A DNA stretch of 64,000 nucleotides from Chitinophagales bacterium. GTDB taxonomy: Bacteria > Bacteroidota > Bacteroidia > Chitinophagales > JADJOU01. Location: assembly GCA_044368655.1 (NCBI GenBank), contig JBIPPB010000002.1:8479-72478 (forward strand), written 5' to 3'. The notes under the pieces are model-generated. The model did not search any database and had not been told where the DNA came from. It worked only from the letters and a program-made list of their open reading frames with translations. Positions 28,720 to 37,660 of this stretch are shown here, piece by piece. Position numbers and translations under genes: made by a program. The number at the start of each line of letters is the position of its first letter. Positions within the stretch are counted from its first letter, which is position 1.

Positions 28720-30729
28720 ATGAAGCATTTATTAACGGATAAATTTTTCTTAAAATTAAGTTTAGCCCTAATTATTGGAATCATTTCATGTGAATTTTTA
28801 CCTATTTACTTAGGTTTCTCTATTCCAATTTTGATATTGTTTTCCATTTATTTTATTCAATATATTTTTAAAATTCAAAATAGACCATGGAAGTCGATTG
28901 CTCTGTTTAGCGCTATGATTTTTTTTGGCTTTGGGCTACATTATTATAATTTTTATTTTATAAAAGATAAAAGTGAAAAGCAATTAGAAGAAGTATTTAA
29001 TAAAGAAACAACCTATTTAGTTCGCATAGAAGAAAAGCCTGAGATTCGGGAAACATCTATAAAGTTAAAAGTAACTTTGTTGGGTATTTATGCGAATCAA
29101 AAAAAATATTCATTTTCTCAAAAAATGATACTTTATTTAGATCCAGCTCTTCAAGTTGATTCCATGAAGTATGGAGATCTTTATCGAGTATTTGGAGCTA
29201 TAAATAGCCCAACGCCTCCTTTAAATCCTAATGAATTTGATTATAAGAAATGGCTAAGACGAAATCATGTTTTTGCAACAGGTTATTCAAAACATATAGA
29301 ATTTTTAGAACCTTTAAAATCAAAGTGGTTATCCTTGAAATATATCCCTTTAAAAGCTCGAGATTTTTTTGAAAAACGAATAGAAAAATATGTAAAAGAT
29401 AAAAACAGCTTGGATATTGCTAAGTCTATTTTAATTGGGGTTAAAACAACCATAGATCCCGAAATTTATGATGCCTATGCCGCAACAGGAACGGTTCATA
29501 TTTTATCGGTTTCAGGAATTCATTTTGCAATTTTTTTTCTTTTTATTTCTAAAATGATTGATTTTATTATTCCTAAGAAATATAATGTTTATGGGTTTTT
29601 CCCAAAACAATTTTTTAGTTTTTTTTACGCGTTAATTACAGGTTTTAACCCACCCGTTTTTCGAAGTTTTTTGATGCTCTTTTTTTTAGATTTACAGAAA
29701 ACAACGAAATCGCCACAGTCGCCATATAATGTACTTTTTCTCTCTGCATTTATAATCTTAATTTACGACACCAATCAATTGTTTAATGTTGGTTTTTTAT
29801 TATCTTATGCGGCACTCTTGGGTTTAATGATTTTACAGCCTCGAATAGAGCGGAAAATAGAATTTAAAAATAAATTAAACCGCTACGCTTGGTCGATTAC
29901 CACAGGTCTTTTTTCCGCGTGGCTTTTTACCTTGCCTTTAACTTTATTTTTTTTCAATAAGGTGTCATTTTTAGGCATGCTTTCCAATTTTTTAGTAATT
30001 CCAATCGCTCAGATTATTTTAAATTTAGGTTTTGCATTTTTAATTTTTTCGCCCATTCCTTTTGAAATTATGCATGAGTGGATAGGGAATTTATTAAATG
30101 GCCTACTATGGATTCAAAATAAAATAATACTATTTTTTGAAAAAGTTCCATTCAGTTATTTTGATAAAATTTATTTAACTGAAATGGAGTTCCTTTTAAT
30201 TTTAAGTATTTTGTTCTTCTTCTGTTATTTTTTAATTCAAAAAAATAAACGATCCATATATATATTAGGTGTTTTAATTCTTATTTTTTCTTTAATTAAT
30301 TCGGTCAATTCTATAAATAAAACTAAGGAAGAACATTGGATTATGTTTAATCTAAGAAAATACATCGCTTTTGGATTTAAGCAGAATCGCAATCTTTATT
30401 TATTTTCGGATTCTCTAGATTCAAAAACGTTTGATTTTTCTATACAGCCTTATATTAGTTTATATCAAATCGATTCAGTTTATCAATTTTCATTAAGATC
30501 CAGTTTTAGAAATCAAAAAATGCTTTTTGGAGTGGATTCTATACAAAATCCTTATTATTTTATACTCAGTAAAGAAAATAAATCCGTATGGAAGTGTAAT
30601 TTTAATAGATCAAATAATGTAATTTTTGCAAAAAATATGGGTGCGTATTATCAAAAAAATAAAGAAAATATATATAATCCAATACATGTTCAATCTGATA
30701 CAACTAAAGCATTAATGATTCAAAAATGA
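28720..30729 (+). CDS. comEC: ComEC/Rec2-family membrane protein
   Basis: N-terminal DUF4131-like region, then the competence domain motif ATGTVHILSVSGIHFAIF and many transmembrane segments. No obvious metallo-beta-lactamase C-terminal domain. Confidence 0.75.
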   Translation: MKHLLTDKFFLKLSLALIIGIISCEFLPIYLGFSIPILILFSIYFIQYIFKIQNRPWKSIALFSAMIFFGFGLHYYNFYFIKDKSEKQLEEVFNKETTYLVRIEEKPEIRETSIKLKVTLLGIYANQKKYSFSQKMILYLDPALQVDSMKYGDLYRVFGAINSPTPPLNPNEFDYKKWLRRNHVFATGYSKHIEFLEPLKSKWLSLKYIPLKARDFFEKRIEKYVKDKNSLDIAKSILIGVKTTIDPEIYDAYAATGTVHILSVSGIHFAIFFLFISKMIDFIIPKKYNVYGFFPKQFFSFFYALITGFNPPVFRSFLMLFFLDLQKTTKSPQSPYNVLFLSAFIILIYDTNQLFNVGFLLSYAALLGLMILQPRIERKIEFKNKLNRYAWSITTGLFSAWLFTLPLTLFFFNKVSFLGMLSNFLVIPIAQIILNLGFAFLIFSPIPFEIMHEWIGNLLNGLLWIQNKIILFFEKVPFSYFDKIYLTEMEFLLILSILFFFCYFLIQKNKRSIYILGVLILIFSLINSVNSINKTKEEHWIMFNLRKYIAFGFKQNRNLYLFSDSLDSKTFDFSIQPYISLYQIDSVYQFSLRSSFRNQKMLFGVDSIQNPYYFILSKENKSVWKCNFNRSNNVIFAKNMGAYYQKNKENIYNPIHVQSDTTKALMIQK

Positions 30730-31841
30730 TGATTTTTTTATTTTATTTTCTTAGTATAGTAATAATTGGATACGCCTTTTTATTACTTTGGTATTTTAAA
30801 GGTTTTTCGGCTCGAATTAAAGAAGTGCGAGTTTATGAAAAAAATAAAGAAAATCTTTATACGTTCTCTTTTTTAGCATGTTTTAAAAATGACTTAGATG
30901 CGGTTAATCGGATGGTTGATCAAATACAAATCTCGTTTTTGAATTTTAAAAATTATTTATTTATAAATAACAATAGTGATGAAGGTAGTTTGTTGCATTC
31001 CGTTTGTCAAAAGATTTTAGCAAAAGGATTTTCTATCTATCATTATCATTTACACCCAGAAAAAAATACTAAAAAAGAAGCCATAGATTTAGGAGTTCAT
31101 CAAGCCGAAACAGATTATATTTATGTAACGGATGTTGATGTTAAATTAAATTTAGATGCCATGCGTAATGTTTTAGATTTTGCGTCTAAAAGTAACGGTT
31201 ATTTTATAGCAGGCATGCATCGTTATATAGTACGAAAGGATTTTTTAAGTATTTTTTTAAGCATTGAGCAAGATATTTTAACATTAATTTCAATAGGAAG
31301 TTTGGCGCAAAAATATCCAACAATGTGCAATGGGGCCAATATGTGTTTCAAAAAAGAGGCATTTCTTAAAGTAAATGGATATCAAGGACTTTTTCATACA
31401 AATGGAGGAGATGATATGTTTTTATTTCACCGTATTTTTAAACATTTTCCGGAGCACGTTTTTTATTGTACGGATGTTGATGCAGCAGTTTATTCTGAAC
31501 CTCCGAATACGATTAAATCTATGATTAAACAGCGATTAAGATGGCTTTCAAAATCAAATAGCTATGAACTAAAACACGTTTCAATACAAATGGCATTGAT
31601 TTTACTTGGAAATATTGCGTACGTTTCTTCTTTTTTATTAGGTTTCTTTTTCCCCATTTTTTTTATTTTTTTTATAATTAAATGGGTTGTTGATATATGG
31701 TTTGCAAAAGTAGCTTTGAATTACTTCAAGTCTACAATACCAATGCATTTAGTTTTCTTTTCGGCCTTTTTGTATCCTTTTTATATTTTATTTTTATCCA
31801 TATTAATGCCTTTAAATCAAATATATAATTCAAAAAAATGA
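30726..31841 (+). CDS. Family 2 glycosyltransferase, membrane-embedded, with a QxxRW motif
   Basis: It has an N-terminal transmembrane segment, TDVDV (DxD), GGDDMF, QRLRW, and C-terminal transmembrane segments. It overlaps comEC by 4 nt (ATGA). Confidence 0.6.
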   Translation: MMIFLFYFLSIVIIGYAFLLLWYFKGFSARIKEVRVYEKNKENLYTFSFLACFKNDLDAVNRMVDQIQISFLNFKNYLFINNNSDEGSLLHSVCQKILAKGFSIYHYHLHPEKNTKKEAIDLGVHQAETDYIYVTDVDVKLNLDAMRNVLDFASKSNGYFIAGMHRYIVRKDFLSIFLSIEQDILTLISIGSLAQKYPTMCNGANMCFKKEAFLKVNGYQGLFHTNGGDDMFLFHRIFKHFPEHVFYCTDVDAAVYSEPPNTIKSMIKQRLRWLSKSNSYELKHVSIQMALILLGNIAYVSSFLLGFFFPIFFIFFIIKWVVDIWFAKVALNYFKSTIPMHLVFFSAFLYPFYILFLSILMPLNQIYNSKK

Positions 31842-31845
31842 AATT

Positions 31846-31873
31846 AAATCATAATTAGACATGATTTTTTTTT
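31846..31873 (+). terminator. Probable rho-independent terminator
   Basis: Stem AAATCAT / ATGATTT with loop aattagac, followed by a T run. Confidence 0.5.
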
Positions 31874-31892
31874 ATACTGGTGAAAAATGAAT

Positions 31893-31900
31893 TATATTTG
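31893..31900 (+). promoter_or_regulatory. Candidate -7 promoter box for tRNA-Ala
   Basis: TATATTTG(CA) lies 10 nt upstream of the mature tRNA 5' end. Confidence 0.5.
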
Positions 31901-31910
31901 CAGTTCATTT

Positions 31911-31984
31911 GGGGAATTAGCTCAGTTGGCTAGAGCGCTACACTGGCAGTGTAGAGGTCATCGGTTCGAATCCGTTATTCTCCA
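31911..31984 (+). tRNA. tRNA-Ala (anticodon GGC)
   Basis: Manual cloverleaf: acceptor GGGGAAT/ATTCTCC with the G3:U70 alanine identity pair, and anticodon loop CTGGCAG. There is one T:T mismatch in the T stem (ATCGG/CCGTT). CCA is not encoded. Confidence 0.85.
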
Positions 31985-32012
31985 CGTTTCATCTAATTTT
32001 AATAATTTATAG

Positions 32013-32576
32013 ATGTCTACATTTATACCTGTTGAAATTATCTCTATAACCACTTCATTTAGTACACGTAATGGGTACAGTTTGACAATGCGTGAACTAG
32101 GTGGAACTCGAAAAATTCAAATCATTGTTGGTATGGCTGAAGCACAATCGATTGCTATTGCACTAGAAAATATTCCAACTTCGCGGCCATTATCTCATCA
32201 TTTTTTCGCTTCAATTTTAAATGAATTTGAAATAGAATTACAAAAGGTTCAGATTCACGATTTTTCGGAGGGGGTGTATTATGCCAATGCATTCTTTAAA
32301 GATAATTATGATAAAACAACGGTTATTGATTGCAGACCAAGTGATGCTATTTGTATGGCACTTAGGCAAAAAAAACAAGTTTTGATTCATGAAGATTTAT
32401 TTGAATCATATATGGAAAGTGATTCAAATACTAAATGCAAAACTACCAAAAAAGAAGCTGATTATCAAGATTTAGATATCCCAACGTTGCAAAAAGCACT
32501 TTCAAATGCAATTGAAAGTGAAGACTATGAACTCGCTGCTGAAATAAAGAAAATAATTGACGACCGATTAGCCTAA
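32013..32576 (+). CDS. Bifunctional nuclease (BFN/DUF151) family protein with a C-terminal UVR motif
   Basis: The region YSLTMRELGGTRKIQIIVGMAEAQSIAIALE..RPLSHHFF..DCRPSDAICMAL is BFN-like. The C-terminal DYELAAEIKKIIDDR is UVR-like. Confidence 0.7.
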   Translation: MSTFIPVEIISITTSFSTRNGYSLTMRELGGTRKIQIIVGMAEAQSIAIALENIPTSRPLSHHFFASILNEFEIELQKVQIHDFSEGVYYANAFFKDNYDKTTVIDCRPSDAICMALRQKKQVLIHEDLFESYMESDSNTKCKTTKKEADYQDLDIPTLQKALSNAIESEDYELAAEIKKIIDDRLA

Positions 32577-32645
32577 AAAGTTATACCAATATTATACTAT
32601 TTATGAAGTAAACTAAATCCAATTCTAAACAAGTATAATGCCGTG

Positions 32646-32685
32646 ATAGTAATAGTTTAGGCCATTTTTATTGACCTATTACTAT
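32646..32685. terminator. Hairpin between convergent genes (possible bidirectional terminator)
   Basis: ATAGTAATAG (32646-32655) pairs with CTATTACTAT (32676-32685), with a 20-nt loop. Confidence 0.35.
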
Positions 32686-32698
32686 TACATATACGGTA

Positions 32699-34543
32699 TT
32701 ACTTGAAATCTGAAAATTGAATGCCCAATGTGAAATTACGTTGCGGCATATTTATTTGATTTACATTGTAATAGGTGGTATTTGAAATATTATTCAAATT
32801 AATAAAAAAAGTAAATTTATTCAAACAATACGAAACTCGAGAATCTAATAATAAATAACTTTGCGAATCAAAGTGCTCCAGAAATCTAAAATTAAGTTGG
32901 CATTGAATTTTTTTATAAATATCAAAATGAATTTGATTAATCCATTGATGCTTTAATGCTTGCAGACTATTTTTTGTACCATCTAGATTTTGAACAAAAT
33001 GTAAGTTCTGATAAGAACTTTGAAATTGAATTCCCAAATTAGTACTTAGTGCGATTCGATTTGAATTAAATTCGGTTTGCAACCCTATCGTTTCCATTTT
33101 TCGTAGATTTTGTGGTTGCCAAAGTCTTCTAGAAGAAGAATCAGTATCGATCCAAACAATCATATTGTCAATATGTCGATAAAATAGCGCCGTTTGAAAA
33201 AATCCAAAATTTGAATTCCATTTTACTCCAAAAGTATGTGTAGCGCCTTTTTCCGCAATCAAGTTAGGATTTCCGATATTAGCTCGGTCTGAATAGTGCA
33301 AGTCTGTAAAAGTTGGATTCCGCATACCAAACTCCGATGAGACATAAACTTTTAAAGGATTTGAAATCCAATAACCCATTTCGGCACCTGGAAAAAAATG
33401 GACTCCAAAATCGGAATTATAATTGGCATAAATTCCAGTAGTGGCATCTAATTTTTTAAGTAAATTCCATTTTTGTTCTAAAAATAAGCCCGTATTTTTT
33501 CGCGTGTGATTTCCCAAATTATTACTTTCAATTTGTTCATGTCTATAATCAATTCCAGCTCCAAAAGTACCTAATACATTGTTTTTCGAAACATGATGCT
33601 CCAATCCAAATACATTTCCAAGGTGTTTATTATTATAAAAATTGGGTTGAAAGTTTCTTAAAATATATTGGTCGCGATGGGTTCTAAAATAACCTCTTAA
33701 AATAGAGTTCCAGCCCAAAATTTTACTTTGGTAAGTAACTCCAATAAGAGCGGTTTGTATATTTTCTTGAGAAAAACTATCAAACGGAGGTGCGTAAAAA
33801 CCATTGGCACCAAAATCTTGAATCAATCCCGAGGCGAGTATGGATAATTTATTTTTTTCATTGAATTGATGTTGGCTCGAAAAAGTTACTGTATTTCGAT
33901 GTGAAGCCGAATTAAAACGATACCCTTCACCTTTGTCATGCGATAGACTTAATAGGTATCTATTTTTAGAATCTCCAAAATGAAAACCAGCCATCCAGTT
34001 ACGATGTAAATATTTTTGAGATTCCTCCGAATTAATTGCGTTCCCTTGAATAGAGCCTTGCATCCAAATCCCATTTTTTTCATTAGGAGATACGTCGATA
34101 TGCATCACGCCAGTTAGTGGCCCTGCGCCATAGCTTCGGCTTTGGGTGCCTCGATAAACTTGAATATTTTTAATTGCGGCAATACTAAAAGGTAAATTCA
34201 TTACGTGATGTCCGGTTTGTAAGTCATTGACTTTGTAGCCATTAATCATTACCAAAGACTGGTCAAATGTGCCTCCCGAAATGCTTAAATCCGCTTGTGC
34301 GCCTTGCTGGTTGCGTTGCGAAAGTTCAATCCCTGCCGTATAGGTTAAGGCATTAATTAAATCAACATTAGGTTTTTCGCGCAGAGCTTCCGTATTTATT
34401 GAAGCACCATTTTTATTGGATTTTTTAAGAAGCGTCTGAGGTTGCCGATTTTCAAAAATAGTTACTTCTTGAATGGTGGTATTTTTTTGTCCGTATAAAA
34501 AGCAATTTATTAAAAAACTAAACGCTGCTATTAGATATCTCAA
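32699..34543 (-). CDS. TonB-dependent outer membrane receptor
   Basis: Signal peptide present. Plug motifs occur (LSISGGTFDQSLVMINGYKVND, IKNIQVYRGTQSRSYGAGPLTGVMHI), followed by a long beta-barrel ending in F-x-F-K. Confidence 0.75.
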   Translation of the reverse strand: MRYLIAAFSFLINCFLYGQKNTTIQEVTIFENRQPQTLLKKSNKNGASINTEALREKPNVDLINALTYTAGIELSQRNQQGAQADLSISGGTFDQSLVMINGYKVNDLQTGHHVMNLPFSIAAIKNIQVYRGTQSRSYGAGPLTGVMHIDVSPNEKNGIWMQGSIQGNAINSEESQKYLHRNWMAGFHFGDSKNRYLLSLSHDKGEGYRFNSASHRNTVTFSSQHQFNEKNKLSILASGLIQDFGANGFYAPPFDSFSQENIQTALIGVTYQSKILGWNSILRGYFRTHRDQYILRNFQPNFYNNKHLGNVFGLEHHVSKNNVLGTFGAGIDYRHEQIESNNLGNHTRKNTGLFLEQKWNLLKKLDATTGIYANYNSDFGVHFFPGAEMGYWISNPLKVYVSSEFGMRNPTFTDLHYSDRANIGNPNLIAEKGATHTFGVKWNSNFGFFQTALFYRHIDNMIVWIDTDSSSRRLWQPQNLRKMETIGLQTEFNSNRIALSTNLGIQFQSSYQNLHFVQNLDGTKNSLQALKHQWINQIHFDIYKKIQCQLNFRFLEHFDSQSYLLLDSRVSYCLNKFTFFINLNNISNTTYYNVNQINMPQRNFTLGIQFSDFK

Positions 34544-34561
34544 AATATTTTATTTAGCCCG

Positions 34562-34569
34562 CAAAAATA
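34562..34569 (-). promoter_or_regulatory. Candidate -7 promoter box for the TonB-dependent receptor
   Basis: The minus strand reads TATTTTTG, 18 nt upstream of the start codon. Confidence 0.4.
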
Positions 34570-34592
34570 GTGGTTTTAAGTTCTCTTTGCAG

Positions 34593-34631
34593 TATTTAAA
34601 TTTCAATAAGTAAATAATTTGAAATTTAAAT
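34593..34631. repeat. Perfect 14-bp inverted repeat in a divergent promoter region
   Basis: TATTTAAATTTCAA (34593-34606) and TTGAAATTTAAATA (34618-34631) are exact reverse complements separated by 11 nt. Confidence 0.6.
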
Positions 34632-34654
34632 ATAGATTGCACTTTATTTTGTAT

Positions 34655-34662
34655 TATTTTTG
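34655..34662 (+). promoter_or_regulatory. Candidate -7 promoter box
   Basis: TATTTTTG lies 17 nt upstream of the ATG at 34680. Confidence 0.4.
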
Positions 34663-34679
34663 TATAAATTATTTTAAAT

Positions 34680-35168
34680 ATGAAAGATTTTAATTATTGG
34701 ATGCTAAAATATCAAGAGAGTCATCAAGATAAAACGAATATTGCAATTCATTTTGTTTGTGTCCCTTTAATTTTTATGAGTCTTTTTTATTTATTATATG
34801 CCATTCCATTTCCCGAATTCATTTTAGGTAGTATTAATATTCAAAAGTCGGCATATCTTAACTGGGCAATTATTTTGTATTATTTTTTATTAATATTTTG
34901 GTTTCGCCTTCAAATTAAAATAGGATTTATTTTCCTTTTTATAGGCTTGATACTTTCATACTCATCTGTTTTTATCTATGAATTTTTATTCAGTGGTTTT
35001 TTAGAGACGCCCGTATTCATTTTTATTGTCATTTTTGTTTTAGCTTGGATTGGTCAATTTTATGGTCATAAAATTGAAGGGAAAAAACCTTCATTTGTCG
35101 ATGATTTAAAATTTTTACTAATTGGCCCAATTTGGGTTGGATACAAAATTTTCGGAAAAACACCTTAA
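34680..35168 (+). CDS. DUF962 (Mpo1-like) membrane protein
   Basis: The N-terminal region YQESHQDKTNIAIHFVCVPLIF and the C-terminal GHKIEGKKPSF..DLKFLLIGPIWV are typical of DUF962/YGL010w-like proteins. Confidence 0.65.
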   Translation: MKDFNYWMLKYQESHQDKTNIAIHFVCVPLIFMSLFYLLYAIPFPEFILGSINIQKSAYLNWAIILYYFLLIFWFRLQIKIGFIFLFIGLILSYSSVFIYEFLFSGFLETPVFIFIVIFVLAWIGQFYGHKIEGKKPSFVDDLKFLLIGPIWVGYKIFGKTP

Positions 35169-35854
35169 TCTGAATAAGCAAAACCCAGTGTTATAACATT
35201 TAGACTTTTTATAGGAAATTTTAAGAGCTCTTTGGCACACATTTCAATGGTTGCTCCAGTAGTTACAACATCATCAATCAAGGTGATACGTTTATTAATT
35301 ATGGCTTCTTTTTTTACCACTTCAAATACATTTTCAACATTTTTTTGACGTTCGGATTTACTCAATTTTGTTTGACTGACGGTAAATTTATTCCGAATTA
35401 TAACATCATCTTTCGCTTCTATATTTAAAATACTTCCAATTCCATTTGCAATTGCCATACTTTGATTATAACCACGAATTGCTTTTTTGTCTTTATGTAA
35501 TGGAATAGGAATTAAAAGATCCGTTTCATCAAAGATACTATTTTTCAACTCTTGACCATACCATTTTCCCATATATTCTGCCAATTCGATATGTTTATGA
35601 TACTTAAATTCATGCATAATCTGGCTTGCCATATTACCTTCGTTTATATACAAAAAACTCGTAGCAGCTTTGATTGGAATAATTCCTTCAAATCGTTTTA
35701 AAACAAGATTGTCTTCAATTTTATGAAAATTTGTTTTTTCAAATCGTCCAAAACATTGAATACAAAAAAAGTCTGTTTTTTTTGGAACTCTTTTATTGCA
35801 GTGGTTACAAATATTAGGGTATAATACATCTAAAATGTTCGAGAATAGTTTCAT
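35165..35854 (-). CDS. ComF-family protein (phosphoribosyltransferase domain)
   Basis: N-terminal Cys pairs (CNHC..CIQC) and the PRTase motif ITLIDDVVTTGAT. Confidence 0.7.
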   Translation of the reverse strand: MKLFSNILDVLYPNICNHCNKRVPKKTDFFCIQCFGRFEKTNFHKIEDNLVLKRFEGIIPIKAATSFLYINEGNMASQIMHEFKYHKHIELAEYMGKWYGQELKNSIFDETDLLIPIPLHKDKKAIRGYNQSMAIANGIGSILNIEAKDDVIIRNKFTVSQTKLSKSERQKNVENVFEVVKKEAIINKRITLIDDVVTTGATIEMCAKELLKFPIKSLNVITLGFAYSD

Positions 35855-35887
35855 AGTAAAAAGTTTTAAATTTCATGTATTGTTTTT

Positions 35888-36625
35888 TTATCTTTTAGTC
35901 ATTTTGTCTAGTTGTTCTATATTCCCATAAAAACAATTTAAGTCAATATGAGGTCCTACACCTTTTAATCTTCCGGTTTCAGAATATTGCCAAAATTCCC
36001 AATGTGCAAAATCCATCAAAAAAGGTTCAAAATTGGAGTATTTTGCAATCCAAAGGTTATAATTTTTGAATTGATTTTTCAAATGTTTGTTATAATAATT
36101 TTGATAAGAATAAACAATAGGTCGCATTCCATAATGCGCTTCAACAAAATTCAACCATTTTTTAATGTCTCCAATATGCTTAGGTTGAATGCTTTTGACT
36201 TCTATATCTAATACCGGAGGCAAGTCGCCTTTTTTTATTTCTACAGTATTAATGAATAATTTAGCTTGCTTTTTCCATGGTATTTCAGGTCTATAAAAAT
36301 GATAAGCCCCTCTTCTTATTTTTGTTTTCTTTAAATTATTCCAATTTTGTTTAAATTGGACATCCACTAAATAATTTCCCTCAGTGGCTTTGACAAAAGC
36401 AAATGCAATTCCTTGTTTTTCTATTACTTTCCAATCAATTTGATGTTGGTATCGAGAAACATCTACACCATAAACTTCGTAGTGTTTCCATTTTGGAAAG
36501 AAAAATGGACTGTCTATACCATATTTAAAGAATAGCAGAATTAGTGATATGACTAAAGCTATAATAAAAAGTAAGATGCATCCTTTATTTTTAGAGTGGT
36601 TTTTGTATGTTTTGTTCATCTTCAT
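35888..36625 (-). CDS. Glycoside hydrolase family 25 (lysozyme/muramidase), membrane-anchored
   Basis: GVDVSRYQHQIDWKVIEKQGIAFAFVKATEG..RGAYHF is the GH25 signature, and an N-terminal transmembrane segment is present. The first in-frame ATG (36625) is preferred over the tracker's TTG at 36697. Either start lies inside the 3' end of lipB. Confidence 0.7.
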   Translation of the reverse strand: MKMNKTYKNHSKNKGCILLFIIALVISLILLFFKYGIDSPFFFPKWKHYEVYGVDVSRYQHQIDWKVIEKQGIAFAFVKATEGNYLVDVQFKQNWNNLKKTKIRRGAYHFYRPEIPWKKQAKLFINTVEIKKGDLPPVLDIEVKSIQPKHIGDIKKWLNFVEAHYGMRPIVYSYQNYYNKHLKNQFKNYNLWIAKYSNFEPFLMDFAHWEFWQYSETGRLKGVGPHIDLNCFYGNIEQLDKMTKR

Positions 36626-37280
36626 TGTTAAGAAAATAAGCGGTAAAAAGTTCTTGAAAAGCGAATTTGACTTCTTCCATTGGTATGTTTCTTCCAAGTT
36701 CTTTTTCCAGACTAGTTACTCCTTTATCTGGAATCCCACAAGGTACTATATAATTAAAATATCGAAGTTCGGTATTGACATTAAAAGCCAATCCATGCAT
36801 CGTAATAAATCGGCTTGCTTTAATTCCGATGGCCATAATTTTTCGTACAGTAGGTTTGTCAATATCTAGCCATACGCCATTTTCTTTGGGTGAAATATTG
36901 GCTTCAATGCCATATTTTTTGCAAATTTCTATGCCTATTTTTTCTAAGGTGCTCACATATTTTGCCAATCCAATATTTAATTTTTTTAAATCAAAAATAG
37001 GGTAAATTACAATTTGTCCTGGTCCGTGATAAGTTATGTCACCACCTCTTCCTATTTTATAAATTTGGGCTCCTGATTGTTTGGCAAGCGGCAAAACGTG
37101 ATTCATGTTTCCATTTTTACCTAAAGTATAAACGGGATGATGCTCTACAATAAAAGCTTTGAGTGTGTTTTCTTTTTGATTTAAACTATTTTGAATCGCT
37201 TCTTCAAAGGCTTCATTTTGGATTTTTTCGGCTGTTTCATAGTCCATTAATCCTAAATCGATAAATTGTATATCAACCAT
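36591..37280 (-). CDS. lipB: Lipoyl(octanoyl) transferase
   Basis: VEHHPVYTLG, RGGDITYHGPGQ and KIMAIGIKASRFITMHGLAFNV are LipB motifs. Confidence 0.85.
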   Translation of the reverse strand: MVDIQFIDLGLMDYETAEKIQNEAFEEAIQNSLNQKENTLKAFIVEHHPVYTLGKNGNMNHVLPLAKQSGAQIYKIGRGGDITYHGPGQIVIYPIFDLKKLNIGLAKYVSTLEKIGIEICKKYGIEANISPKENGVWLDIDKPTVRKIMAIGIKASRFITMHGLAFNVNTELRYFNYIVPCGIPDKGVTSLEKELGRNIPMEEVKFAFQELFTAYFLNNEDEQNIQKPL

Positions 37281-37645
37281 TATTCTTCGTTTTCCTTTTT
37301 TATATTTAAATCTTTTAATAAATTATTTATGTTTTCAACATAATCTAACGTATCGTCAAGATAAAATTCCAATTCGGGAATTTTTCTTAAATCATGTCGC
37401 ATGGTGTTTCCTAATAACTTCCGAATCTCATTTTTATGTAATTTTAAATTTTCAATAACGGGTTCTTTTTCTTCCGATTTAAAAATACTGATATTAAATC
37501 GTGCTAATGCTAAATCCGAAGTAACTCGAACACTCGTTAATGTGCAAAAATTCCCTAATAAATAAGGCTTTAACTCATTAATGAGCAACTTCCCAAATTC
37601 TTCTTGCAATAAATTTGCTACTCTCAATTGTCTTCTAGAATCCAT
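37280..37645 (-). CDS. rbfA: Ribosome-binding factor A
   Basis: About 120 aa, with the SRRQLRVANLLQEE N-terminus and a KH-like remainder. Its stop overlaps the lipB start (TAATG on the minus strand). Confidence 0.75.
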   Translation of the reverse strand: MDSRRQLRVANLLQEEFGKLLINELKPYLLGNFCTLTSVRVTSDLALARFNISIFKSEEKEPVIENLKLHKNEIRKLLGNTMRHDLRKIPELEFYLDDTLDYVENINNLLKDLNIKKENEE

Positions 37646-37660
37646 ATGCTTAAATTTATT

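Noticed and set aside
31842-32012. tRNA-Ala as an integration site for a genomic island
   Set aside because: There is no integrase, no direct repeat of the tRNA 3' end, and no compositional shift nearby. The flanking genes (GT2, BFN nuclease) look native.
34544-34679. A cobalamin riboswitch upstream of the BtuB-sized TonB-dependent receptor
   Set aside because: The leader is only about 20 nt from the candidate -7 box to the start codon. I found no B12-box-like GCCACTG element or GC-rich helices.
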